From contig NC_042998.1 in the NCBI RefSeq assembly GCF_006345805.1, positions 162,006,001 to 162,070,000 on the forward strand: a stretch of DNA of 64,000 bases, in the 5' to 3' direction. Shown here in pieces: positions 13,200-24,649 of the stretch; positions within the stretch are counted from its first letter, which is position 1, and every line of letters starts with the position of its first letter. The DNA is from Octopus sinensis. Its lineage: Eukaryota. Made by a program: the position numbers and the translations under genes. Below the pieces are notes generated by a model. That model was not told the DNA's origin, searched no databases, and was given only the letters and a program-made list of their open reading frames with translations.

Positions 13200-13470
13200 C
13201 GAAGACGTGGAACAAGTATAGTGTTATTGGACGCTCAGGAAAGGAAAGAAAGAAGGAGGATTTAACGCTTCGAGCGGAGCTCTTCGTAAGAAACATAGAA
13301 AAATGAAAAAGTCCAAGGAAGGGAAGACGGAGAAAGAAAATCGCCAACGATATATATATATATATATGACTGTGTGTCTACTGCTGGCAATTTTCTTTCT
13401 CCATCTTCCCTTCTTTGGACTTTTTCTATATTTCTGATGAAAAGCTCCCCTCGAAACGTGAAATCCTGTT
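13200..13470. mobile_element. Inverted pair of Penelope-like terminal modules with decayed hammerhead-like cores
   Basis: 13258-13347 and 13383-13466 are inverted copies; plus-strand ctgatga-aaagctcccctc-gaaacgt; minus-strand cttacga-agagctccgctc-gaagcgtt. Confidence 0.55.
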
Positions 13471-15247
13471 TCTTACTTACAATCTAGAACTTTTGAGTCA
13501 TAGTCAGCTTTCACTCAAGCTTAGTTCCTCTCTGTGGAGTCTTGCAGGAGTCGTTTCTCTTTCCATTCCCTTCTGTAATATATTTTGGAATTTCATTTTT
13601 TTTTGTCTTATTATTGTAAAGACAAATGGGTGACAGAATTGTTAGAGTGTTAAACAAAATGACTTGTAGTACTTCATTATATTTAACTTCTCCCACCACA
13701 GAAAACTATGCCTTTATCACTTCTGGTGTCTGAAGTAAGACATCAACCAGGATCTCTGATGTAAACAGACATACTCCAAAACCTTCCAAGGATATTAAAT
13801 ATTTTGCCAGTACAAGGTGTTCTCTTTTGGAAAATTTCCAGCGAGTGGCTTCCTGAGTGAATGTCTGCACACATACGAATGAATACGTGTGTCATTTTTG
13901 CCCATTTTCTTTTGTTTTTGCTAATATTCGAAACAAAATGACTTCTTGGAAGAGGAACACACCCTGGTAAAAGGTAAAAATAATCATAACTACACACAGA
14001 ACAAAAATTGATAAAATAAGAAAATATTAACCTTCAACCGCAATTAGTTGGTTCTACGCAATTGGAAGCAATCAAGCTCGATCTCTGACCTCATTATCTT
14101 GCTTGTTTTCTTCCCTCAGTCTTAGAGACACTGAAAATGGATCATGGATGCTACACTTCTACTAACCAAATAAATAAAATCATTCTAAAACTGACTAAAG
14201 AAAGTGCCAATCATGTACTCGTACTAGGGTAGAGATAATCGGCTGATCCCTTCACTCAATGACGAATCTTTCAGCCTGTGTTAGAAATCATTATTACTAT
14301 AATAGGGCCGTACTTAAACATGGTTGAGGTAAGCTTGCATAAAAATGAATTTTGGATGTAATGTCAATTCTCAGTCGGAACCATTTCACTTCACTTATGT
14401 TGCTAATGCTCTTTCATAAAAGCAAAATGAGTGTTTTTACTGGTATAAATATTTTCAAAGTATACATGTTAGATATAATATATGGTCTCTGAAATATAGC
14501 CATTAGGGAGTTTAAGCACATTAACATTTCTCTATACAGAAAACTGCATTACTTATCCTAATATAGTTGTGTGTGTGCCTTTGGTTATACATATATCTAT
14601 GTTTGTATGTATATAAATAGGCATATATATGTGTGTGTATGTGTGTGGCCATATGTGATATGAAGCCACACACGCACTTCCCCTTCTCCCTCCTCTGTCA
14701 CATTTCATTCTTTGATGACAAATCTTAAAAGACACTCCAATGTCATTACTTTTACACTTGGGACTCCGTTCTGGATTTTGAAAATGTACGAACAATGATA
14801 ATTACATCTGAAAATATTTGAATATTTCCTGAATGTGTGTACGCGTGTGTGTGCAATGTGTTTGCTTGCGTGTGTACATGAAAGCGAGAGATAGAGAGAA
14901 AGAGGGTGAGAGAGGAGGAGAAGCAAGAGGTGAGAGTAAAACAAGAAAGTTATTGCGAAAGAAAAGAAAAGCATAATAACCGAACATGAAGAATAACAAC
15001 AATCGCAACAACAGCAACAACAAATGACAAACAGAAGTCACTTAACTGTCAAGAGAAAAATAACTGCTGTAATCAATTGGTCTTAATTCTTTCATCAATA
15101 GGGAATAATTATCAATTGTTTATAGCTAGAACTGTTCCTAAGATTTTTGTTTTCTATTGTTCAATGAATTTCATTGCTTCTATCTGGTGATAAACAGAAA
15201 CAGCAACTACAGCAACAACAATAAATAATTAGAAAAACAAAATAAAA

Positions 15248-15279
15248 ATAACAACAACAACAACAACAAAGTAATAATG

Positions 15280-15341
<62 letters not shown>

Positions 15342-15345
15342 AGAA
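15248..15345. repeat. (AAC)n/(AAT)n microsatellite
   Basis: Direct reading; similar tracts at ~50640-50740 and ~59865-59915. Confidence 0.95.
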
Positions 15346-16102
15346 ATAATAAATGAGCGAATATTCACCCAAAGGAAAGTAATAAAGTAGAAAATATGCT
15401 TTGGTTTAGTTTTTACAAGATGTGTTTTGTGTTTTATAAAGAAAAATCACATTTTCCTTTGTGCCTTGACGAAAATTGACATTTCTTCTCAGTTTTTCTT
15501 TTCGCAATTTGTTTTATGACATTGTTCCGGAATTTGCATACAAACATATATATACTGTAGTGTGTAAATATTTCTAGTAGGATTTTCATTGATGTCAATG
15601 GATATAATTTATACAAATCATTTGTTCCAAACAAGGAAAACCATGTTTCATTAGTTGTTTATTTGGCTGATTTCTTTCAAAAGGGTATTTTCATGAAAGC
15701 TTTTATGAAAGAAATTCGTTGAATTACTGAGCCGACATTTTGAAGTTATTTAAAAGATGCTTGCCCAGGTTTTGCAAGTGTAATTCGAAAGATGAAAATG
15801 GTACAGAAACATGCCGAGTGAACCAGAGATCCAATTCATAATTACAAACATTCACACAAGTCCATACTCCACCTACTTAGAATCTACTTCAAGTTCAAGA
15901 ATACAAGCGCCTGTGGAATATTACACTTATTAATTACAATATACATGTATTGTTGTTGGGTGGTTTAGTGGTTAGGATGTTGCATTCATGATAAGATTGT
16001 GGTTTCAATTTTTACACCATGTAGTAGGTTGTTACATAAGCAAAACACTTCATTTTACCCCAAATCCTGAGATGGATTAACGTCCTGTCCAGTGGGGATC
16101 TC

Positions 16103-16147
<45 letters not shown>

Positions 16148-16375
16148 GAGGTACAATGGCCCAGTGGCTAGGGCAGTGGACTCGCGATCGTAGGATCAAG
16201 GTTTTGATTCCCAGACTGGGCGTTGTGAGTGTTCATTGAGCGAAAACACCTAAAAGCTCCACGAGCTCCAGCAGGGGGTGGTGGTGATCCCTGCTGTACT
16301 CTTTCACCACAACTTTCTCTCACTCATTCTTCTATTGGCCTGCTCGCTTAGCCAGCGGGATGGCGTCATTGTGAC
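16148..16375 (+). mobile_element. tRNA-derived SINE (distinct family)
   Basis: tRNA-like head 'tggcccagtggctagggcagtggactcgcgatcgtagg..ggttttgattccc' followed by a CpG-rich body. Confidence 0.65.
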
Positions 16376-16390
16376 CAGTGATATGTAGCA

Positions 16391-16520
<130 letters not shown>

Positions 16521-16924
16521 TCGCATGCATATATGCACACAAAGTCTCGTGTTGAGTGTGCCGGAGGTTTATGTGGAGAGGACAAGTATATATTGCTTAC
16601 ACTCAATAAATACTTCGGTACTTCGGTTGACCTAATAACGGGAACCCCAATCTCTGGAACCTCTATGAGTGGATTTGGTTGATGGAAACTGAAAGAAGCC
16701 TATCATATATATATATATTTGTGTGTGCGTGTGTGTGTCCATCATCGCTTGACAGCCGGTGTTGGTGTGTTTATGTCCCTGTAACTTAACTGTTCAGCAA
16801 AAGAGACAGATAGAATAAGTACTAGGCTTTAAAAAGTCCTAGTTTTGAGTTGTTTGACTAAAATGCCTTGAGATAGTGCTCCAGCATGGTCGCAGTCAAA
16901 TGACAGACCAGTAAAAGAATAAAA

Positions 16925-16985
<61 letters not shown>

Positions 16986-18169
16986 CACACACACACACAA
17001 CACACACACACACACACACACACAATGAGCTTCTTTCAGTTTCCGTCTAATGATAAATTAACTCGCAAGGCCGAGGTTATAGTAAAAGACACTTGCCCAA
17101 GTTTCCACACAGTGGGACTGAACCCAAAACCATGTGGTTGGGAGGATTTTTTCTTCTTTTTCATTTTGAAGAATAAAAATTTATTCGATTGTTTATTATT
17201 GTTTACATATATGGGGCACCAAGATCTGTTAAGTGCTTAGAAGGGTCTTAATTCAGCCCTGGCAATAATGACAATGTATGTATGACTCTGCTAGCGACAT
17301 ATTCTCTTCCTCTTTACTTGTGGCACATACATTACTAATTGGACTATGTTAACATTTCATTCTCCTCTTTAATTATATAAGAATGAACTAGAAATATCCT
17401 TCCCGAGCTATTAATTTGTCTTTCTCTGGAAGAATGTGTCATTCAGAAGCAGAATGGCCTTTCATTATGAACAAGACTATTGAGCAAGCTCGTTAATAAT
17501 GTAGTCTTTTGGAATTAGACTCATAGTAATATAATACTGAACTTCTCTGGAGATTTTATTTTATGGCACGTTTAAGGGATATAATCTCACCAGAACTAAA
17601 CTTTCGATGTCTAAGATTTCTGCAACTACTTAATGTTATTTTTGAAATATTCGCTAAGTTGTTTGTCCTTCAATAAATTAAGACATCCAATTAAGATGTC
17701 AGAAGCAATTGACTCGGGAATAGATAGAACTTCATAATCAGAGACATTTTACCAAATTTCCTTCGATATGTGGACTAATGGTTCTAAATTTCAATTCTTC
17801 TTGACATGAAAAAGAAAAAAAAAAACAATACTAACTGTAAACAATTCTAACAAGTCGACAGAGATTAGTCAGTGGTAAGTCAAATCTCGAATTTTAATTA
17901 AATTATTCAATTAATCAAAAGAAACAAATTAAAGTTTTCTTTAAATTGCATATTTTGACTTTCTTGGATATTAAAAACAAGTTCATAACCAAGATTACTC
18001 GTTTGGTTTATACTACAGAACTGATGCAACATTTTCTTTTTATGGTGAATTGTCAATGTTTAGATGTTAACTACTTTAATGTCTTCAGGCTTGAGTTCGC
18101 CCTTTTTAAAAAGTTTTCTGTGTCTATATGTGCACACATGTGAATATATATATATATTCTGCTAAAAAA

Positions 18170-19080
18170 GGACTACAGAATGAACTTAATCCTCCAAACA
18201 CACACCATCAAAAGAAGCAAGAGACAACCCAGATCTATGAAAAGTCTCCTAACACAAGCCTGAATACGCTCAACAACAACACAGAAGCCGTCAGTAAAAA
18301 AATGCGGAAGACCCAACTGTGCGTCAATTTAATTGAGGGATCAGAGTTCTCCTTCTGACAGGGACAACGTTTCACAGGGAAAAGCAATTTCACATGTGCT
18401 TTGGAGAACCTGATATACGCACTAACCTGCTCAGGGTGCCAAGAGCAATACAGAGGCCAAACAAAAAAGTCTACGTAAAAGAATGGCTCTGCACAGATCC
18501 CAGATCAAAATTCCCCAAAACAGAAAAATAACATTCAGCCAACACATAGACATTTGTGCCAATGACAAAAATCCAAGCTTCAGAATTTTTCCCCTCTACC
18601 AGTTCAGGGACGATACAACCTGGAGCCAATGAATTAGTAGAGAGACTCTCTTTATTACAAAATACACCTTTTGAATGCGTCTACGACAAACAACATATCC
18701 ACCACGGCCTTAGAATAACACAAACACAAATATTAAAATGATACACTCAAGAGATTCCCAAGAATTCATTAAAAACAGTCCCAATCACTACTATAATCCA
18801 TAACGAGCTAATTTTAGGTCACTTGACCATTTAACATCTTACTACTATCATACTACCTACATTGCTTCTTATTCTCCCTTCTTCTTCTTTGTCTTCTTCC
18901 TCTCCGCCACCGCCTTCCTAACTTTACCACTGTTTAGAATAACACCTACGCAAATTTTATAAACAAAACATTCAAAAGAGATGTTTCAAGAATTCAATCA
19001 CTACTACCATCCACAAGAGGTCACGTTCAGGGCACTTGACCATTTAACATACTACTATCATGGCACTCCCGCATTCTTAG
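18170..19080 (+). mobile_element. Penelope-like retroelement 3' remnant (GIY-YIG endonuclease) with duplicated 3' region
   Basis: CVNLIEGSEFSF*QGQRFTGKSNFTCALENLIYALTCSGCQEQYRGQTKK...RMALHRSQI matches the PLE GIY-YIG layout; partial direct repeat 18783-18851 / 18996-19061. Confidence 0.8.
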
Positions 19081-19539
19081 TAAACAAGAGAGACAAAAAC
19101 TTGCAGAAACAAGGAAAATGCCACTTGTATTTGAACGCTTTGCAAATATTCTTTTAAAAAACTTTTCTTTTAATTTTTCCAAAATTTAATTGTTTTCCAT
19201 ACTTACAGTTGAAAAAGTCTGTATATATATATATACATGTGGGTACTGGCATAATTGTGTGGTAAGAAGTTTACTTCCTAGCCACATGGTTCCAGGTTCA
19301 GTCCCACTGCGTTGCACATTTGGCAAGCGCCTTCTGCTCTATTAAGGCATGGTGAACATATGTTTGAGTTACTAGAACATTAGAAGGTTAAAATCTTTAG
19401 ATCGTCGGTTAAATTTCCTTGCATCGTTTAATTACTACCCTTTACGTTATCCAGTCAATTCGTCGACGGTAATTTGTCGTAGTTAAATCTGTCCCTAGGT
19501 CCTCGTCAATTAATTTGTCAAGATCATTTGAAAATTGGA

Positions 19540-20052
19540 AGAACGAATATCTGAATTAAAAATAATATTCGTTGTTTAATCTTTCATCCCGTTGTCATAC
19601 TGTAAAAACGTTTCAACAATGTCAAAGTAGGACTATTCACTTGGAATGGAAAACCCAACATTTGTAAGTGGGGTGGCAGGATAGTTAGAATCAGCTTGCC
19701 TCCATCGTCTAATATGCCTATTAAGCTGTGCAAACGGGGGTATTTGCGACAATGCACAGTCGTTTAAATTATGGACTTCACTAGCGATAATTGAGCGAAG
19801 GTCATCACGAAATGAAATAGATTTAACTTTAATATTTGAAACTATTATCCTTGCATTTACCTCTCCAGCAGTTGAAGCTTGATTATGGATCCCAATCTTA
19901 AGCTCCTCGTCTTGCACATACGATTTTCGCATCTCCACTATATCTTCAATCCATCTGCATTCTGCTAATTTTTTGTGTATATGTATACTTTTCTTCATCG
20001 ACCACTTTGATTTTCTCTTTCTCTGAAGTTATGATCTTGCAGATAGTCATGT
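19540..20052 (-). pseudogene. MULE/Mutator transposase N-terminal remnant (FLYWCH zinc finger region)
   Basis: WRCENRMCKTR in an alternative frame, then ...RSIIASEV..LP.FAQLNRHIRRWRQ..PATPLTNVGFSIPSE*..FLQYDNG, typical of the region preceding the MULE DDE domain. Confidence 0.7.
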
Positions 20053-20604
20053 TGATGGGTAAGCGTATTGAATATATTTAATTCGATTTGCTTGAAAATC
20101 TTTGTTCGTAAACTGTTCAGTGCAGATACTTAAGAGAGGGAAGGAGGAAGTGTTTAAAGAAAGGAAAAATACCAGTCTACTACTGGTGGTCAGTATAATC
20201 TATCATGCACCGTTCACCAGATTTGAATCTGTGCAAAAGTTAGAAATCAGTATTAAATGTAAACAGGGTAACGGATTAGCAGAATAAAGTGCTTAATTTT
20301 GATTCTTTGATTACTGAGTTCAAATCTCGAGAAAACTTGTATCAGTAGCATACATGATCAAATTATTCGACTATTCCGCCCACTCAAAAATTTTCTGGAC
20401 ATATGCCAGTTGTGTAAATCAATATTACGTGTAAGCTACAGTGTATTAGTTCTGATGGTTGGTTAATTTTCAATTCTCATATGGATAAGCTTGTACAATT
20501 TTAGAGCAATACTGGTGAATGCTTATGTTTATTCAGATGAACGGTGATTATATCAGATGTGTAAAATGGCATTGGTGTAAAAAAATTCAATATACAGTGA
20601 TTAA

Positions 20605-20900
20605 GGCAGAATCGTTAACACACCTGGCAAAATGCTTAGTGACATTTTGTCCGTCATTACGTTCTGAGTTCAAATTCCGCCGAGGTTGACTTTGCCTTTC
20701 ATCCCTCGATAAAATAAGTACCAGTTGAGCACTGGTTGATGTAATTGATTTACCCCTCCCTTGAAATTGCTGGCCTTGTGCCGAAATTTGAAATCAATAT
20801 ATGCAGTGGCTTATGGCGGCGAGGTGGCAGAATCGTTAGCGCACCGGGAAAAAAAACTTAGCGGCATTTCGTCCGTCTTTACGTTCTGAGTTCAAATACC
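20605..20900 (+). mobile_element. SINE family B, full copy plus a second head
   Basis: 'ggcagaatcgttaac..ttctgagttcaaattccgccgagg' at 20626 and a near-identical head at 20825. Confidence 0.85.
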
Positions 20901-22198
20901 ACTATAAGCAGTGGTTTATGATTAAAGTCGATAAAATGCGTAGCATTAACTCAGTTATATAGAGGTTGATTGTTTTGTTTTCGTCTCTAGTAGAAATGCA
21001 TATGTAGTCAAACAGAATGCTGAACGATTCAAATCTGCGCGTAGATAATTTACAGCAACTTCCCAAACTAAATGATGGGAACAAAATGATGGGAACCCTA
21101 GTTGTAGTAATGGGATCTGTGAGCTGAATTCAAAATTTGCTTTCAAACACTGTGTCCGTGGAAAAATTCATTAAAGTGAAAGTGATCCCTGCTAGAGAAA
21201 GAGTTTGGGGGTCACTGATCAAAGGTAAAATAAATTAACAAGTTTAGCTTTAACTTGTGTTTGGAACATTAGCATTTTAATGTTTCTGAAACTACAAGAA
21301 TAAATATTTTTTGTAGATTTCTAACAAATAGTTCAATAAACAAAGTTTAGTGCTTTATAAATTAATGTAATCTTAGTTCAATCGAATTTTAAAGCAGCCC
21401 AAGGCAACTGTACCTAAAATATCTATATATCTATGTACTTGAAACATTTATTTGTCTTGCAGTTGAAAGAAACAAATAAAAGATATTTGTATTGAATTAA
21501 GTTACAAAGAAACCGGTAACGCACTACGTACTTAAAACATCTGGTGTAAGTATCAAGCCGAAATGTCTGTAAATTCAAAGTATTTCCCTTCGATCTATAG
21601 ATAATGTATAGCAACGTGCATCGTCGAGTTTAGGTTTTCCCTATACTTCGGTCTATGACATAATTTCGAATACGACAGGAAAAAATCTATATTCTTTTTG
21701 CAGAAATCTTCTAAGGGGCTGAGAGCATTATAAATTAAAATAATGCCATGCTATCTTACTGCATGCTACTAAACTAAAATACATATTATATACCTGGGAT
21801 ACTACGTGATTGTTAAATGGAAATATATTTAAATCAAAAGTAGAAAATTCTTCAGCTCGACAATTATAGATTTTAAAAATTTAAGTAGGTTATATAAACC
21901 AGGAAAATAGACACCGTAAGACACGAGGTATAAATATTAATTTGAAATGTCTATGAATTCAAATAAATCACTTCTCTTTGCACGTAGACAAACTGCAGCA
22001 ATTTATATCGACAAGTTTGTTGAACCTGTACTTGGAGTTATAAATTTGAGATATTTCGATAAGTACGCCAAGTATGTATTTTTGTTAGCAGAATTTGTCG
22101 AAATAGCTTAAAAACCGAATGTTGTAGGGTATTATAAATTAATATAAATTGTTTGCAGTTCAACTGAACTTGAAGAACTTTACTCGTATTTATTAATA

Positions 22199-22853
22199 CT
22201 AGTGGCACCCGTGGAAATTCCACGGAATGAAAAAATTTAAGAGGAACTATTTTAAGAATGAAAGAATGATTTGCATTTCTATAGCATTCATAGTTTAGCT
22301 TTCTTTAAATATTCTTGATGTTCATCTGCATTAATTTCCTCACGTCTCCATAGGTGTTGTCTTTTCCCTCATTTTATTATATTTTCTTTCTGTTCCACTC
22401 TCATCCGTGCTCTATATCTGCGCATCCTTTCTCGGGCAGCTAACAATCGTGTTTCTTGTGAATCCAGAGTTTAGGCCAAATTGACACTTATGAGCAAATA
22501 CCAATTTTGTAAGCAAGCAGATGGTAAATAATTGCACCTATGCGTATGCGAAGGTCACCATAAAAAAATTAGTTCAATAAAAAATAATTTTCAATATCAA
22601 CACACCACAAATAAAAGAATTATTTGAATCAAGTAATGCGGACCCGCAAAACGGTTAGCTTAAATCGTGAATTGTAAATAAGAAGTTGAGGTGTCTGCAA
22701 ATGAATACTTTTTCTCCTTGTATGGAGACAAAGCAAAGAGCATCAACAAGCTGAGATTTAACCAATATTTGAAACTAGAAATTTTTAATGAATATTTGTT
22801 AAAATTCTATCAGAGCTTAATAAACAAATAGCGCATAACAATATAATCTCACA

Positions 22854-22860
<7 letters not shown>
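22199..22860 (-). mobile_element. Non-autonomous Helitron with a RepHel N-terminal-like peptide; 5' end not defined
   Basis: Minus-strand 3' end ccgtggaatttccacgg hairpin + gtgccaCTAG|T; internal DSQETRLLAARERMRRYRARMRVEQKE resembles Helitron N-terminal basic coiled-coil repeats. Confidence 0.65.
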
Positions 22861-22903
<43 letters not shown>

Positions 22904-22997
22904 AAAACGGTAAGATAACAAAAGAAAGAAAGAGACCTCAATATTATGTAAATAGAGGAAATTTATCTATACAATATGTTACATTACTCGGTAGTCA

Positions 22998-23060
22998 AGA
23001 TAAAACTCTGAGTTTCAGATGCCGAAGTGGAAATCCACAACACCATCTCTTCGGTTATCT
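22998..23060 (-). ncRNA. Mirror copy of the hammerhead-like motif
   Basis: Exact reverse complement of 23089-23151 because of the palindrome. Confidence 0.55.
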
Positions 23061-23088
23061 GGCTATTTGAAAACGTTTTCAAATAGCC

Positions 23089-23151
23089 AGATAACCGAAG
23101 AGATGGTGTTGTGGATTTCCACTTCGGCATCTGAAACTCAGAGTTTTATCT
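23089..23151 (+). ncRNA. Type I hammerhead-ribozyme-like motif (variant core)
   Basis: Stem I agataa/ttatct; core CCGAAGA (canonical CUGANGA, U4C); stem II gatg/catc with inner gtgg/ccac; U-GAAA; stem III actc-a-gagt; GUU cleavage triplet. Confidence 0.55.
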
Positions 23152-23173
23152 TGACTACCGAGTAATGTAACAT

Positions 23174-23209
<36 letters not shown>

Positions 23210-23212
<3 letters not shown>

Positions 23213-24110
23213 GGAAGCGGGGCTATCTCGGCAGCATTATAGGACACTGGGGAAAATCAATGCACTGGACCCTTTCGTATATATTTATGGTTAGCAAGCA
23301 ACATAGATCAAAATCGAGTCCCTAGACCTGTGAATATTCCGGACAACTTCCCAGAATAACCTCCGGGCGGAAGGCCATCAGGTTAGCTATGGAACTAGCC
23401 AAAATTACCTTAAGTCAGTTGAGGATGAAGAGGTGTGAACTCTGGGAAGTGTAGTACTAAGTGGACATAAGCTGGGGCTCGATGAACTTTCGCTGTTTCA
23501 TCTGGATAAGGGTGCTTTAATGTTTAAATACTAGAAACAACTAGTTCTGATGCGTTATAGGATGATGTATGCAATACCCAGGTGTTGAGACACTGAGACA
23601 AAGACTGTTTTAAATATTTAAGCAGAAAGCTTCCAGCCTTGACTTCTGAGGAAATTAAGGTTGGTGTGTTTGAGGGGTCACAGATTAGGTGCCTATTGCA
23701 AGACGAGCAACTTTTGGAGACCAGGCTTGGTGCTGAAAAAGAAGCGTGGAATGCTGTTTTGCTGCGGTTGCCTAATTTTCGGGAAATAAGAAGTCGTAAA
23801 ATTATGAAGAACTTGTGCAGACCCTGTTAACTAGTTATCGAGCACTGAGCTGCAACATGAGGGTAAAAGTGTATTTTCCGCACAGTCATCAGGATTACTT
23901 CCTTGAAGATCATAGCATGATGAGCAATGAGAATGATTCCACCAAGACCTCAAGACTAAGGAGATGAGGTATCAAGGCAGGCGGAAAGAAACACGAAGGC
24001 TGACTACCGCTGGTGTCTGCAAAGAGGCTATCAGGATGCAAGTTATTCACGCGAAGCAGCAAAGAGTAAGTTCACGCCTTGAGTAGCTGAAACTCCAGTT
24101 TGACAGAAAT
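23210..24110 (+). pseudogene. DNA transposase remnant, probably Chapaev3 (CMC) type
   Basis: LTSEEIKVGVFEGSQIR..EKEAWNA; CNMRVKVYFPHSHQDYF..FHQDLK..RYQGR..ADYRWCLQR matches the 'HFLHSHLDFFPEN..ERFHQD..RYQG' family. Superfamily name is from memory. Confidence 0.65.
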
Positions 24111-24649
24111 ATCAATCCTACGATGTGTAAACATTTTGTGTTATAAATTTGTTAAACAATAAAAAGTACTGTTTGTTTGTGGGTAAATATGAAGAATCTT
24201 TCCCAACGACAAATTTAAAAAAAAGTTTTCTAGGATAAAATGGACATGTAGATTGCAAAAAGTGCAATAAAAATTAGGGCAAATTAACTGCTTTTCAGAG
24301 ATATTCGCATTTTTATGATGGACGAAGGTAAAATGCGTGCACATCACCTAACCCCGAAACTAAGCCTAAAACTAACCCTAAACAGTGTGCACACGCTTTA
24401 CCTTCATCCAACGGTCTACGGTAAAATAAACGCGTATATTACAAAAAAAAAAAGGTAACAAAAAATAGAGGAAGCTTACTATTTCAAGTATATACACATT
24501 TTAAAGAGGGTTCCAGATACAGTTTGCTGTTCTCCGTGAGAAAGCGATGGAGACGTTCAGCATGATTCGGAATAGACTTCATGAACTGATACCTCACCAC
24601 ATACTGCTTCAGGTACTTACACCTCATCCCAGGTATCCGAACAATTTCT

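Larger units (their letters stand above)
22901..23181. mobile_element. Penelope-like mini-element with a perfect inverted duplication, inside (TA)n
   Basis: Perfect 107-bp arms 22968-23074 / 23075-23181 with no spacer, plus 67 bp of unique lead; (TA)n on both sides. Confidence 0.7.

Noticed and set aside
21035-21060. 25-nt similarity to the reverse complement of ~28166-28190
   Set aside because: A 22/25 match is roughly expected by chance in 64 kb on both strands.
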